Assembly (NCBI GenBank): GCA_036845805.1
Contig: DAIUDD010000001.1
Coordinates: 169,594-231,328, forward strand
Reading direction: 5' to 3'
DNA length: 61,735 nt
From: Patescibacteria group bacterium
GTDB lineage: Bacteria > Patescibacteriota > Patescibacteriia > UBA2196
Below the pieces are notes generated by a model. The model ran no database searches, was not told the DNA's origin, and worked only from the letters and a program-made list of their open reading frames with translations. Position numbers and translations under genes: made by a program. Below are positions 10,369 through 19,825 of the stretch, piece after piece (position 1 is the stretch's first letter; the number at the start of each line of letters is the position of its first letter).

Positions 10369-10845
10369 TCATTCATAAACCAACAAATTAATATCGTAAA
10401 ACGAGTTTGGGACGACAATATAAATAAATTTTTTCGCAGAAATGGAGATTAGTCGCAACCTTGATAAGGAATAATCCGGTGCAAACTTGATTAACTCCTT
10501 TGACTGGTTGCTCGGCGAACTTTCTTTTCTAAAGATAAGTTTGCCCCTATTGAGCATGGGTATTGGTGCGCTTTCTCTAGTCGCATCAATGCTAATCTCC
10601 AGTTCTGTGGAAAAAATAATAAGAAAGAGCTATAATATAATTGCCAAAAGTTGTGGATATGTTCTTTTGTAAATCCAACCGTTAGGTTTAACAGTAACTT
10701 TGGCCTCAAAAAGCTGCCTACCAAATCTGAACCCCGAAGACAACAAAAAAATCTCTCTTCTCAAAGTTCTGATAACTATCAGGACAAAACGTCTCTGGAG
10801 TTCATGGTCGGCAGCTTTTTGATTTATTTTTTTAAAAGTCATCAT
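10369..10845 (-). pseudogene. Hypothetical 158-codon frame interrupted by one TAG (10630-10632)
   Basis: ORFs 10630..10845 and 10369..10557 share a frame and the 24 codons between them are open. Confidence 0.3.
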
Positions 10846-10925
10846 AACAAAAAACCCTCTTTTGATTGTCTCAAATAGAGGGTTTTGTTAAATGTTGGTT
10901 AGCTCCATAAAGTCGCTCCTCTAAT

Positions 10926-11108
10926 TTATTTTTCTCCCCTGAAACGATAACCAATTTTCAAAGGATTTCGGTAAGTACCGCCATAAGCACCAGAAAATCT
11001 TTTATCCGGTACCTTTTTCTTGCGTCTATGCGGTGGCAAATAGTGATAAATTAAAAATTCTACCCGCTTCCGCATCAAACGCCCGCGAGAAATGTTTTGC
11101 CTGCACAT
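10926..11108 (-). CDS. Small very basic protein (60 aa)
   Basis: AAGGAGGTG Shine-Dalgarno just upstream of ATG 11108, directly after the prmC stop. Confidence 0.5.
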   Translation of the reverse strand: MCRQNISRGRLMRKRVEFLIYHYLPPHRRKKKVPDKRFSGAYGGTYRNPLKIGYRFRGEK

Positions 11109-11123
11109 TTTCACCTCCTTTCT

Positions 11124-12113
11124 TTAAAGGTGCTGCTTATATTTTATCATAATCAAACGATTTTGGCCACTTAAATCTTTTTTAAATTCAATTTTTGCCA
11201 ATGGTAAATATTTTTTGATTAACTTACTAATGCCCAATTTTTGCTCTGGGCCAATTTCTAAAAAGATAACCACACTTTTAAATTTGGAAATTGTATCTTG
11301 TTTCTTGGAAATTAATTCTTTTATTTGTTTTAATAACCTTCGATAATATTTTAACCCATCTTTACCAGCCAACAATGCCCGTGAGGGTTCAAATTTTAAA
11401 TTTTGATAATTTTTTTTATAAATACTCTCTGATAAATAAGGAAGATTGGCAGTCAAAATAATTGATTTATGATTTAAGAATAATGATTTAGAAATATTTT
11501 CCAATAAATCACTTTTAATAAATTTAATTTTTTTATCAACATTATGTAATTTGGCATTATTTTTTGCCACTGCCAAAGTTTTATCAGAAATATCTATTGC
11601 TAAAATCTTAAATCTTAAATTATAAATCTTAAATCTTTTTATTAAAGTTATTGGTATGCATCCACTGCCAACTCCTACATCAATAATCAGACAATCCTGA
11701 CACTCTGATACTTTGACGCTTTGACACTCTGACACTACATTATCCACCATCAGTTCTGTTTCTGGTCTCGGCACCAGCACTTCTTTATTAACTAAAAATT
11801 TCAAGCCATAAAATTCTTTATAACCTAAAATATATGCCACTGGTTCACCCTTAACCCGCTGTCTAATCATTTTTTTATATTTTAGTTCTTGGTTATTAGT
11901 TATTTTCTTTTCTGGATGTGCATAAAGAAAGGCTCTATCAATCGACCCCCTCTCCTTAAGTGAAAAACCGCCAGTGGCAGATTGAACGAAAGGGTTGGGG
12001 TGAGGTTTATTTAAAACTTCACTTAACAAAATCTCTGCATCTAAAACAGGCGAAACACTGTCCGCCTGTTTTAAAATTTCTCTTGCCCACATTAATACTT
12101 GGCCTATTGTCAT
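11124..12113 (-). CDS. prmC: Release factor glutamine methyltransferase, with repeat-derived insertions
   Basis: GEPVAYILG..FYG, VLVPRPETE, DVGVGSGCI, NLPY; downstream of prfA. Confidence 0.95.
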   Translation of the reverse strand: MTIGQVLMWAREILKQADSVSPVLDAEILLSEVLNKPHPNPFVQSATGGFSLKERGSIDRAFLYAHPEKKITNNQELKYKKMIRQRVKGEPVAYILGYKEFYGLKFLVNKEVLVPRPETELMVDNVVSECQSVKVSECQDCLIIDVGVGSGCIPITLIKRFKIYNLRFKILAIDISDKTLAVAKNNAKLHNVDKKIKFIKSDLLENISKSLFLNHKSIILTANLPYLSESIYKKNYQNLKFEPSRALLAGKDGLKYYRRLLKQIKELISKKQDTISKFKSVVIFLEIGPEQKLGISKLIKKYLPLAKIEFKKDLSGQNRLIMIKYKQHL

Positions 12114-12134
12114 ATATGATGTAAATTAAATCAA

Positions 12135-13178
12135 TCAGACATCTGCTTTTTTCAAACTCTCAATTATTTTACCTATCCCGCCATCCATAATAGTTGTCAA
12201 ATTGTGCCACGATTCTTTAATTCGATGATCAGTCACCCGATCTTGCGGAAAATTATAAGTTCGAATTTTTTCACTTCTGTCCCCAGTGCCAATTTGTGAT
12301 TTTCTGTCCGCCGAAATTGCTTGCCGTCTTTTTTCTTCTTCTTGTGCTAGCAGCCGCGAACGCAACACTTGCATTGCCTTTTCTTTATTTTGCAGTTGTG
12401 ATCGTTCGTCTTGACACGACACTACTAAACCGGTCGGTAAGTGGGTGATGCGTACTGCTGAATAAGTGGTATTAACCGATTGCCCGCCATGTCCGCCAGC
12501 ACAAAAAGTATCTATTTTTAAATCCTTAGCATTAATTTCTACATCAACCTCGTCTGCTTCCGGTAAAACCGCTACGGTCACCGCCGAAGTATGTACGCGT
12601 CCGGCTTTTTCGGTTTCTGGCACCCGCTGCACCCGGTGCGTGCCGCTTTCATATTTCATCAAACCATAAACATTTTGGCCATTGATTTCAAAAATTACTT
12701 CTTTAAAACCGCCAATCCCAATGCGGTTACTATCAATTAGTTTAACTTGCCAGCCCATCCGTTCGGCAAACCTTGAATACATCCGAAACATTTCTGCAGT
12801 AAATAAAGCTGACTCATCACCACCGGTGCCCGCCCTAATTTCCACAATCACGTCTTTTTTATCTAACGGATTTTTTGGTTGAAAATATTCTTGTAAAAAT
12901 TTCTGCTTTTCTTTTATTATTTTTAAAATTTTTTCTTTTTCTTCCTCGGCCAATTTTAATAATTCTCTATCTTTTTCTGTGGCCAATATTTTTTCATTCT
13001 CTGCCATTTTATTTTGCCATTTTTTTTCTTCTTCCAATACTAACAAAACCCCTTTTAACTCACTATATTCTTTTGATAAGGCGGTATACTTTTTAATGTC
13101 AGCTAAATTTTCCTTATTTTGTAAGCTTATTTCCAAGTCTTTCAGTTTATTTTTTAAATTTAAAATTTTTTCTTCCAT
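12135..13178 (-). CDS. prfA: Peptide chain release factor 1
   Basis: [12 protein letters not shown] (PxT), RIRAG-like [24 protein letters not shown]. Confidence 0.98.
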   Translation of the reverse strand: MEEKILNLKNKLKDLEISLQNKENLADIKKYTALSKEYSELKGVLLVLEEEKKWQNKMAENEKILATEKDRELLKLAEEEKEKILKIIKEKQKFLQEYFQPKNPLDKKDVIVEIRAGTGGDESALFTAEMFRMYSRFAERMGWQVKLIDSNRIGIGGFKEVIFEINGQNVYGLMKYESGTHRVQRVPETEKAGRVHTSAVTVAVLPEADEVDVEINAKDLKIDTFCAGGHGGQSVNTTYSAVRITHLPTGLVVSCQDERSQLQNKEKAMQVLRSRLLAQEEEKRRQAISADRKSQIGTGDRSEKIRTYNFPQDRVTDHRIKESWHNLTTIMDGGIGKIIESLKKADV

Positions 13179-13283
13179 AAAAATTAATATTAATCTTCAT
13201 AATTAATAAATTAAGTTTATCACCATAATTAAATAACAAATTAAAAACCCGCTCCATCAGTTAAGCGGGTTTTTAAAAAATAG

Positions 13284-13583
13284 TTATTTTTCTTTTTTTA
13301 TTACTGTGTCACCGGTTGCTCGCGCCACTCTTTTTTGTTTCAATTCACGTCTTTTGGTGTTTTTTCCTTTTTTACTAGCATCTTTCTTAGCTGCTCGAGT
13401 TTCAAATTTTTCTACTCTTCTGGCGGTGTCTACCAATTTTTGTTTACCCGTAAAAAATGGATGACAAGCCGAACAAATCTCCACCTTAATTTCTGGCAAG
13501 GTTGAACCCACGGCAAAAACATTGCCACAAGCACAAGAAACCTTAGCCTCAGGATAATATTTGGGGTGAATATCTTTTTTCAT
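13284..13583 (-). CDS. rpmE: 50S ribosomal protein L31
   Basis: [23 protein letters not shown]. Confidence 0.97.
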   Translation of the reverse strand: MKKDIHPKYYPEAKVSCACGNVFAVGSTLPEIKVEICSACHPFFTGKQKLVDTARRVEKFETRAAKKDASKKGKNTKRRELKQKRVARATGDTVIKKEK

Positions 13584-13836
13584 ACAATAAAAATTGACTA
13601 CACAAGATTAATGTTAAAAGCAATAAAATTAAGTAACAACAAAATTACTATATCACTAACATTATTCTATGTCAAATATTAATTGTCAATCATTAAATTT
13701 TATTCGGTCTTGCCTTATTTTTTATTTATGTTATACTAAAAAACACTAATTAAAACACATGTCACTGGATTAATCGGCTCTCCTGTTTCTAAAAGCCTGA
13801 TTAAAAAGAAAGTGACAGCGGATTAAGGAGAAAAAT

Positions 13837-14550
13837 ATGACTATTCCAACCGAAAAAGAATTAATGCGGGCCGGAGCACATTTCGGCCACAAACCAGCCA
13901 GTTGGCACCCAAAGATGGCTGATTTTATTTATGGGCAAAAAAACAATGTTCACATTATTAATCTTACTAAAACAAAAGAACAATTGACTTTGGCACTTAA
14001 TATCATCAAAGAAACCGCCGCTCATGGCGAACAAATTTTATTAGTTGGTACCAAAATTCAAGCCCGTGATATTATTAAAAAATACGCTCTCGACTCTAAC
14101 ATGCCCTATATTATCGAGCGCTGGCTCGGCGGCACGCTAACCAATTTTAAAGTTATTAATGGTTTGGTAAAAAAATTGGAAAAACTAGAACAGCAAGAAG
14201 CCGCTAATGATTATGAAGAAAAATATACCAAAAAAGAACGCCAAGAATTTTCTTTAACTATGGAAAAATTACGTTTCTTAATTGCCGGCATTAAAAATAT
14301 GCAAAAATTACCCGCCTTGATTTTTGTTGCTTCTGCTCGTGAAGAAAAAACTGCTTTGCAGGAAGCGTTAAAAATGAAAATTTCCACAATCGCTATTTGT
14401 GATACCAACGCTGATCCATCTAATATCGACTATCCCATTCCAGCCAACGATGATGCTTCTAAAACTCTAGAATTGATCATCGGGCTCGTTGCCGAAGCAA
14501 TTAAAGATGGCCAAAAAGAATTATTGTCTACGGCCAACTCCACTAATTAA
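13837..14550 (+). CDS. rpsB: 30S ribosomal protein S2
   Basis: GAHFGH, RWLGGTLTN, DTNADP, IPANDD. Confidence 0.98.
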   Translation: MTIPTEKELMRAGAHFGHKPASWHPKMADFIYGQKNNVHIINLTKTKEQLTLALNIIKETAAHGEQILLVGTKIQARDIIKKYALDSNMPYIIERWLGGTLTNFKVINGLVKKLEKLEQQEAANDYEEKYTKKERQEFSLTMEKLRFLIAGIKNMQKLPALIFVASAREEKTALQEALKMKISTIAICDTNADPSNIDYPIPANDDASKTLELIIGLVAEAIKDGQKELLSTANSTN

Positions 14551-14562
14551 TAAAACAAAAAT

Positions 14563-15150
14563 ATGATCGATGCGCAAACTATACAAAAATTACGTCAACT
14601 TACTGGTGCCGGCATGATGGATGCTAAAAAAGCACTAACTGATGCTAATGGCGATGAAAATAAAGCTTTAGAAATACTTCGTTTAATGGGGCAAAAAATT
14701 GCGGCCAAAAAACAGCAAGAAAGAATTGCTAAGGATGGTTTGATTGAAGCCTACGTCCACATGAATGGCAAAGTGGCTGCTTTGGTTATGCTGGCCTGTG
14801 AAACAGATTTTGTTGCTAAAAATTCAGAATTTAAAACATTGGCTCATGATCTCGCGATGCAAACAGCCGCCATGAACCCTCTCTATATTTCCTCTGATGA
14901 TGTCCCAGAAGAAATTATTAATCAAGAAAAAAAAATATACGAGGAAGAGCTAAAAAATGATCAAAAACCATCAGAAATTAAAGAAAAAATTATTAACGGC
15001 AAACTCGAAAAATATTTTAGTGAAATCTGTTTGTTATCACAAAAATTTATTAAAGATGACAAACAAACTATCAAAAATCTAGTTGATTCATATACGGCCA
15101 AATTGGGCGAAAAAATAGAAATAAAAAAAATTGTTCGCTTAGAGATATAA
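14563..15150 (+). CDS. tsf: Elongation factor Ts (short form)
   Basis: LRQLTGAGMMDAKKAL, CETDFVA; follows rpsB. Confidence 0.97.
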   Translation: MIDAQTIQKLRQLTGAGMMDAKKALTDANGDENKALEILRLMGQKIAAKKQQERIAKDGLIEAYVHMNGKVAALVMLACETDFVAKNSEFKTLAHDLAMQTAAMNPLYISSDDVPEEIINQEKKIYEEELKNDQKPSEIKEKIINGKLEKYFSEICLLSQKFIKDDKQTIKNLVDSYTAKLGEKIEIKKIVRLEI

Positions 15151-15197
15151 ATTAAATTCCATGCCCAAAAAAGTGCTCAGACTTAAATTTAATTTTC

Positions 15198-15989
15198 ATG
15201 AAAATAGCTGAAATACAATTTACACCGCTCTCAAAAACTTATTGGTTTAATCCAGAAAATCATAATTTTAAAATCAATGATCAAGTAATTGTCAAAACAG
15301 ATCTCGGTACTGAAATTGGTAAAATTATTAATTTTAAAGAAATTAATGAAGCTGATTCCGAAAACGAAATCAAACCAATTATTCGTAGGGCTAATAAAGC
15401 AGATCTAGATAAAATTACCGAACGTCTAAAAAATAAAAATCACGACCTTGAAATTTGTCACCAAGTTATTACCACGCATCAATTAGACATGAAAATAATT
15501 GATCTTTATTATTCTTTCGATGGTGGCCGTCTAACAATTTATTTTACTGCTGAAGGCCGCGTTGATTTCCGACAACTAGTTAAAGATCTAACCCACACTT
15601 TTCAAAAATCAATTAGATTATATCAGATTGGCGTGCGCGATGAAGCTCGTTCTTTGGGCGAAATTGGCTCCTGCGGAAAAAAACTTTGTTGTAAAACTTT
15701 TTTGTCTGGTAAAATAAATCAAATTTCTTCTAATTATAGTGTTTCTCAACAAATAGCCCATCGGGGCAATGAACGTCTAACTGGTGTCTGCGGCCGTCTT
15801 AAATGTTGCTTAAAATTTGAACAAGAATTATACGAAGAATTAAGTAAAAAATTACCGGCCATCGGTTCAACTATCAATACGCCACAAGGTAAGGGCAAGG
15901 TTCTTTCCTGGCAAGTCCTTAAGCAAACAGTTGAAGTTGAATTAATCAAAGACCAAAGTATTATCACTGTTTCTATAGATAATAAATAA
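15198..15989 (+). CDS. PSP1-domain protein (RicT/YaaT-like)
   Basis: FTAEGRVDFRQLVKDL, IGVRDEA, CGKKLCC, CGRLKCCL. Confidence 0.9.
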   Translation: MKIAEIQFTPLSKTYWFNPENHNFKINDQVIVKTDLGTEIGKIINFKEINEADSENEIKPIIRRANKADLDKITERLKNKNHDLEICHQVITTHQLDMKIIDLYYSFDGGRLTIYFTAEGRVDFRQLVKDLTHTFQKSIRLYQIGVRDEARSLGEIGSCGKKLCCKTFLSGKINQISSNYSVSQQIAHRGNERLTGVCGRLKCCLKFEQELYEELSKKLPAIGSTINTPQGKGKVLSWQVLKQTVEVELIKDQSIITVSIDNK

Positions 15990-16065
15990 TCCCGTTTTCC
16001 ACGGGATTTTTTAAATTGACAAAATCAGGCTCTATCATCTAAAATTAAAGCACAAAACAAGCTTT

Positions 16066-17073
16066 ATGTTTATTAAAAAAATTGGCATTGATTTAGGCAC
16101 TACCTATACCCTGGTATACTTGCCAGGTAAAGGTATTATTATTAACGAGCCGTCGGTTGTTGCTTTATCTGTGGTTGATAAAAAGGTTTTAGCTGTCGGT
16201 GATGACGCCAAAGAAATGATTGGCCGTACTCCCGACACCATTATTGCTCAGCGTCCACTTAAAGAAGGTGTCATTGCTGATTACAAAACCACCGAAGCCA
16301 TGATTCGTTATTACATCAATAAAGCTTTGGGTGGTGTTCGTTTTTTTCGGCCAGAAGTTATGGTGGCTGTACCCGCTGGTATCACCTCCACTGAAAAACG
16401 AGCCGTCATTGATGCTACGCTAGCTGCCGGCGCTAAAGCCGCCTATATTATCAAGGAACCAATTGCCGCAGCGATTGGCGCCAATGTGCCGATTGGCTCA
16501 GCTTCTGGACACATGATTGTTGATATGGGGGGTGGCACTTCCGAAGTCGCCGTTATCTCTCTTGGTGGTATTGTTGCCAACACTTCAGTTCGTATTGGCG
16601 GCAACAAATTAGATTATGCTATTCAAGAATTTACTCGTAAAAGATATAACTTAGCAATTGGCGAACGTACAGCCGAAGAAACAAAAATAGAAATTGGTTC
16701 TGCTATGTATTTAGAAGAACCATTAAGGAGAGATGTTAAAGGACGCGACCTGGTTTCTGGTCTACCTAAAATAATTGAAATGACTTCTGATGATATTACC
16801 GAAGCTATTAAAAACGAACTTGAGGGCATTGTTAGTGCTGTAAAAAATGTTTTACATAAAACACCGCCCGAACTTTCAGCTGACGTTATGGATAAAGGTA
16901 TGGTTCTTTCTGGCGGCACCGCCCTATTGCGTAATATTGATAAACTTCTCGGTCAAGCTACTGGCGTACCGGCCTATGTGGCCGATGAGGCGCTTTTGTG
17001 CGTGGCTAAAGGCACTGGCATCGCCCTTGATAATTTAGACGCTTATAAGCGTTCGCTTCTAGCCACTAAGTAA
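16066..17073 (+). CDS. mreB: Rod shape-determining protein MreB (stand-alone paralog)
   Basis: IGIDLGT, NEPSVVA, VDMGGGTSE, GGTALL. Confidence 0.95.
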   Translation: MFIKKIGIDLGTTYTLVYLPGKGIIINEPSVVALSVVDKKVLAVGDDAKEMIGRTPDTIIAQRPLKEGVIADYKTTEAMIRYYINKALGGVRFFRPEVMVAVPAGITSTEKRAVIDATLAAGAKAAYIIKEPIAAAIGANVPIGSASGHMIVDMGGGTSEVAVISLGGIVANTSVRIGGNKLDYAIQEFTRKRYNLAIGERTAEETKIEIGSAMYLEEPLRRDVKGRDLVSGLPKIIEMTSDDITEAIKNELEGIVSAVKNVLHKTPPELSADVMDKGMVLSGGTALLRNIDKLLGQATGVPAYVADEALLCVAKGTGIALDNLDAYKRSLLATK

Positions 17074-17150
17074 AAAATTCAAAATTCTAAGCACAAAATT
17101 CGAAAAAATATTTTTTCGAATTTCGAATTTAGAATTTCGTGCTTAAACAC

Positions 17151-18197
17151 ATGGTTTACCTAATCATTCTCGTCTGGAATGGCCTTAAATATTTACCACG
17201 GCTTTTTCATGATCTGGAAAATTTAGCTTATCCGCCAGAAAAAATAAAAATTATCGCCCTTGATTCTAATTCTACTGATGGTTCTAGAGAATTTTTAGAA
17301 AAACTTAATTTGCCCAACTTTTCTTTAATCGAATTAGAAAAAAATTTTGGTTTTGCTTTAGGCAACAATATTGGCATGCAATACGCCCTGGCTCATGGCG
17401 CCGATTATCTTGTTTTGCTTAATCAAGATATCAGTGTTGAACAAAATTTTTTAACCGAGCTAGTCGATAAAACAAAAACCGATCCTAAAATTGGTGTTGT
17501 TCAACCGTTAATTTTATATTATCAAAATCACCAAGAAATAAATTCCTGTGGTAACGAACTTCATTACCTCGGCTATGGCTGGACTAATGGCAACCACCAA
17601 AAAATCAATAACTCTCCCCAATTAACATCCCTTGAAGATATTACTTACGCCTCTGGCGCTGCTGTCTTATATACCGCTTCCATGTTAAAAAAAATTGGTC
17701 TTTTTGATAAAAAATATTTCTCTTATCATGAAGATTCTGATTTATGTTTACGTGCTCGTTTGCAAGGCTATAAAATAGTTTTAGCCACAAAATCAGTTGT
17801 TTATCATGATTATCATTTTCCCACTCAAAAAAATCCACAAAGATATTTTTGGATGGAAAAAAATCGTTTATATTTAATTTTAAAATTTTATCAATGGAAA
17901 ACTTTATTTTTAATTTTACTCATGGAATTAATTATGTCTTTTGGCCAGTTACTTTTTAGCCTTAAAAATGGTTATTTTTGGCAATTTATTAAATCACGAC
18001 TTTGGCTTCTGTGGCATTGGTTTGAAATTATGACTGAAAGAAAAATTATTCAGGCTCAACGCCAAATAGGGGACAAAGAGCTTCTAAAAAACTTCCAGGC
18101 AGAAATTCGTTTTCAAGAAACTAAAAATTTTTTATTAGATAAAATTGGCAATCCACTAATGAAATGGTATTGGCAAATTATTAAAAAATTAATTTAA
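17151..18197 (+). CDS. Glycosyltransferase family 2
   Basis: DSNSTDGS, NFGFALGNN, LLNQD, YHEDSDL; start moved to ATG 17151. Confidence 0.9.
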   Translation: MVYLIILVWNGLKYLPRLFHDLENLAYPPEKIKIIALDSNSTDGSREFLEKLNLPNFSLIELEKNFGFALGNNIGMQYALAHGADYLVLLNQDISVEQNFLTELVDKTKTDPKIGVVQPLILYYQNHQEINSCGNELHYLGYGWTNGNHQKINNSPQLTSLEDITYASGAAVLYTASMLKKIGLFDKKYFSYHEDSDLCLRARLQGYKIVLATKSVVYHDYHFPTQKNPQRYFWMEKNRLYLILKFYQWKTLFLILLMELIMSFGQLLFSLKNGYFWQFIKSRLWLLWHWFEIMTERKIIQAQRQIGDKELLKNFQAEIRFQETKNFLLDKIGNPLMKWYWQIIKKLI

Positions 18198-18249
18198 ACA
18201 TTAAAACATAAAAAAATTTGCTTTAATGTTCTGGTGCTTTAATGCTTTC

Positions 18250-19398
18250 ATGAAAATTCTCATCATCCACGATCGTTTTATGTTTCGGGGCGGAGCCGAA
18301 CGCCTAGTTTTGATTATGGCTAAAGGACTCGGTGCTGATATCTGCACTGGATTTTGGAGCGATAGTGAATGTTATCCCAAAAGTGAAGTGCCCCACAAAT
18401 TATTTGTCCTGGGCAACCCCTCCCAAACCAGCGGCTGGCGCTATCTCAAGTTCCAGTGGCTTTTTTATTTCAAAACCAAATTTATCCGCGATTACGACTT
18501 GGTGATTTTTTCCGGCAATAATTGTTTGTCTGCGGCTCACAATGTTCGTCCGGGTGTAAAAAAAATATTCTATTGCCACACCCCAGTCCGCCACGCTTTT
18601 GACTTAAAAAATTATTATTTAAAAAATAAAGTTTGGTGGAAAAGAATCATTCTCTGGTGTGCTATTCCTTTTAGCCGTTTGGTTTACCAATGGGGATTTA
18701 ATCAGATGGACACCGTTATTGCCAATTCAAGAAATGTCCAAGATCGGATTAAAAAATACTTAAACCACAATTCTATTGTTGTTTGGCCACCAATTCAGAC
18801 TGACAAATTCCAATGGCTAGGACAAGGTGATTATTATTTATCTTTTTCCCGCGTTGACAAACTAAAAAGAGTAGGGGATGTGGTGCGTGCTTTTCAAAAA
18901 ATGCCCGATAAAAAATTAATTATCGCTTCAGCTGGTGATGATTTTGAAAATGTTAAAAAATTAGCCACTGGCTATAATAATATTAAAGTTATTGGCTGGG
19001 TTGATGATAAACAATTAGCTGAGCTTGTTGGACACTGCATTGCCTCAATCTATGTTCCGATCAACGAAGATGCTGGCATGACGCCCTTGGAATCAATGTC
19101 AGCTGGCAAGCCGTGTATTGGTGTTTTTGACGGTGGACTTAAAGAAACTATTATTGATGAAAAAACTGGTAAATTTATTTCAGCGTCCCAAGTCCTCCCC
19201 TTACCAAGGGAAGGTGCAGGGGGGGTTAATGAACAATTTATTGAAGATATTATCAAAGCGGTAGAATGGCTCACGCCAGAGACTGCCCTCAAAATGCGCG
19301 CTGGCTGCGAAGCCCAAGCTAAAAAATTTAGTGAAGAAAGATTTATTGACAGTATAATACAAATTACTAATCAATACGAATATACAAATAAAAAATAA
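18250..19398 (+). CDS. Glycosyltransferase family 4
   Basis: GGAERLV, YCHTP.R, EDAGMTPLESMSAGKP; start at MKILIIHD. Confidence 0.9.
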   Translation: MKILIIHDRFMFRGGAERLVLIMAKGLGADICTGFWSDSECYPKSEVPHKLFVLGNPSQTSGWRYLKFQWLFYFKTKFIRDYDLVIFSGNNCLSAAHNVRPGVKKIFYCHTPVRHAFDLKNYYLKNKVWWKRIILWCAIPFSRLVYQWGFNQMDTVIANSRNVQDRIKKYLNHNSIVVWPPIQTDKFQWLGQGDYYLSFSRVDKLKRVGDVVRAFQKMPDKKLIIASAGDDFENVKKLATGYNNIKVIGWVDDKQLAELVGHCIASIYVPINEDAGMTPLESMSAGKPCIGVFDGGLKETIIDEKTGKFISASQVLPLPREGAGGVNEQFIEDIIKAVEWLTPETALKMRAGCEAQAKKFSEERFIDSIIQITNQYEYTNKK

Positions 19399-19405
19399 AA
19401 ACAAT

Positions 19406-19786
19406 ATGGATAAAAAGGTTATTTATCCTGAATTAAGTTATAAAATAGTCGGTATTTTATACTCTGTTTTTAATAATCTGGGTTATGGTTATCAAGAAAA
19501 ATATTATCAACGTGCCTTAATAAAAGCTTTTACTAACGAGCATTTAAATTTTAAAAGCCAATTATATGCTAAATTAAAATATAAAGATGAAAATATTGGT
19601 TTTTATTTAGCCGATTTTTTAATTGAAAATAAAATAATTTTAGAAATAAAAGTTGGTGATCATTTTTCCCAGCAATACATCACTCAAACCTTTGCTTATC
19701 TAAAAGCAACAAAATTAAAACTAGCCATTTTAGCCCATTTTACCAATAAAGGAATCATTTTCAAAAGAATCTTAAATCTATATTAA
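19406..19786 (+). CDS. GxxExxY protein (PD-(D/E)XK-related)
   Basis: LGYGYQEKYY (G-x-x-E-x-x-Y), ADFLIENKIILEIK; 126 aa. Confidence 0.92.
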   Translation: MDKKVIYPELSYKIVGILYSVFNNLGYGYQEKYYQRALIKAFTNEHLNFKSQLYAKLKYKDENIGFYLADFLIENKIILEIKVGDHFSQQYITQTFAYLKATKLKLAILAHFTNKGIIFKRILNLY

Positions 19787-19825
19787 AATTGGTATATTTG
19801 TAAATATTTGTAATTCGTATTAATT

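Noticed and set aside
10630-10632. Stop-codon reassignment
   Set aside because: All long genes translate fully with code 11, rpsG and the GT4 at 19826..20980 end in TAG, and RF1 is present
13750-13836. rpsB leader structure
   Set aside because: Plausible by position (GTCACT/AGTGAC stem) but the conserved motif could not be confirmed by eye
19406-19786. Diversity-generating retroelement
   Set aside because: No reverse transcriptase and no template/variable repeat pair with A-specific mismatches seen
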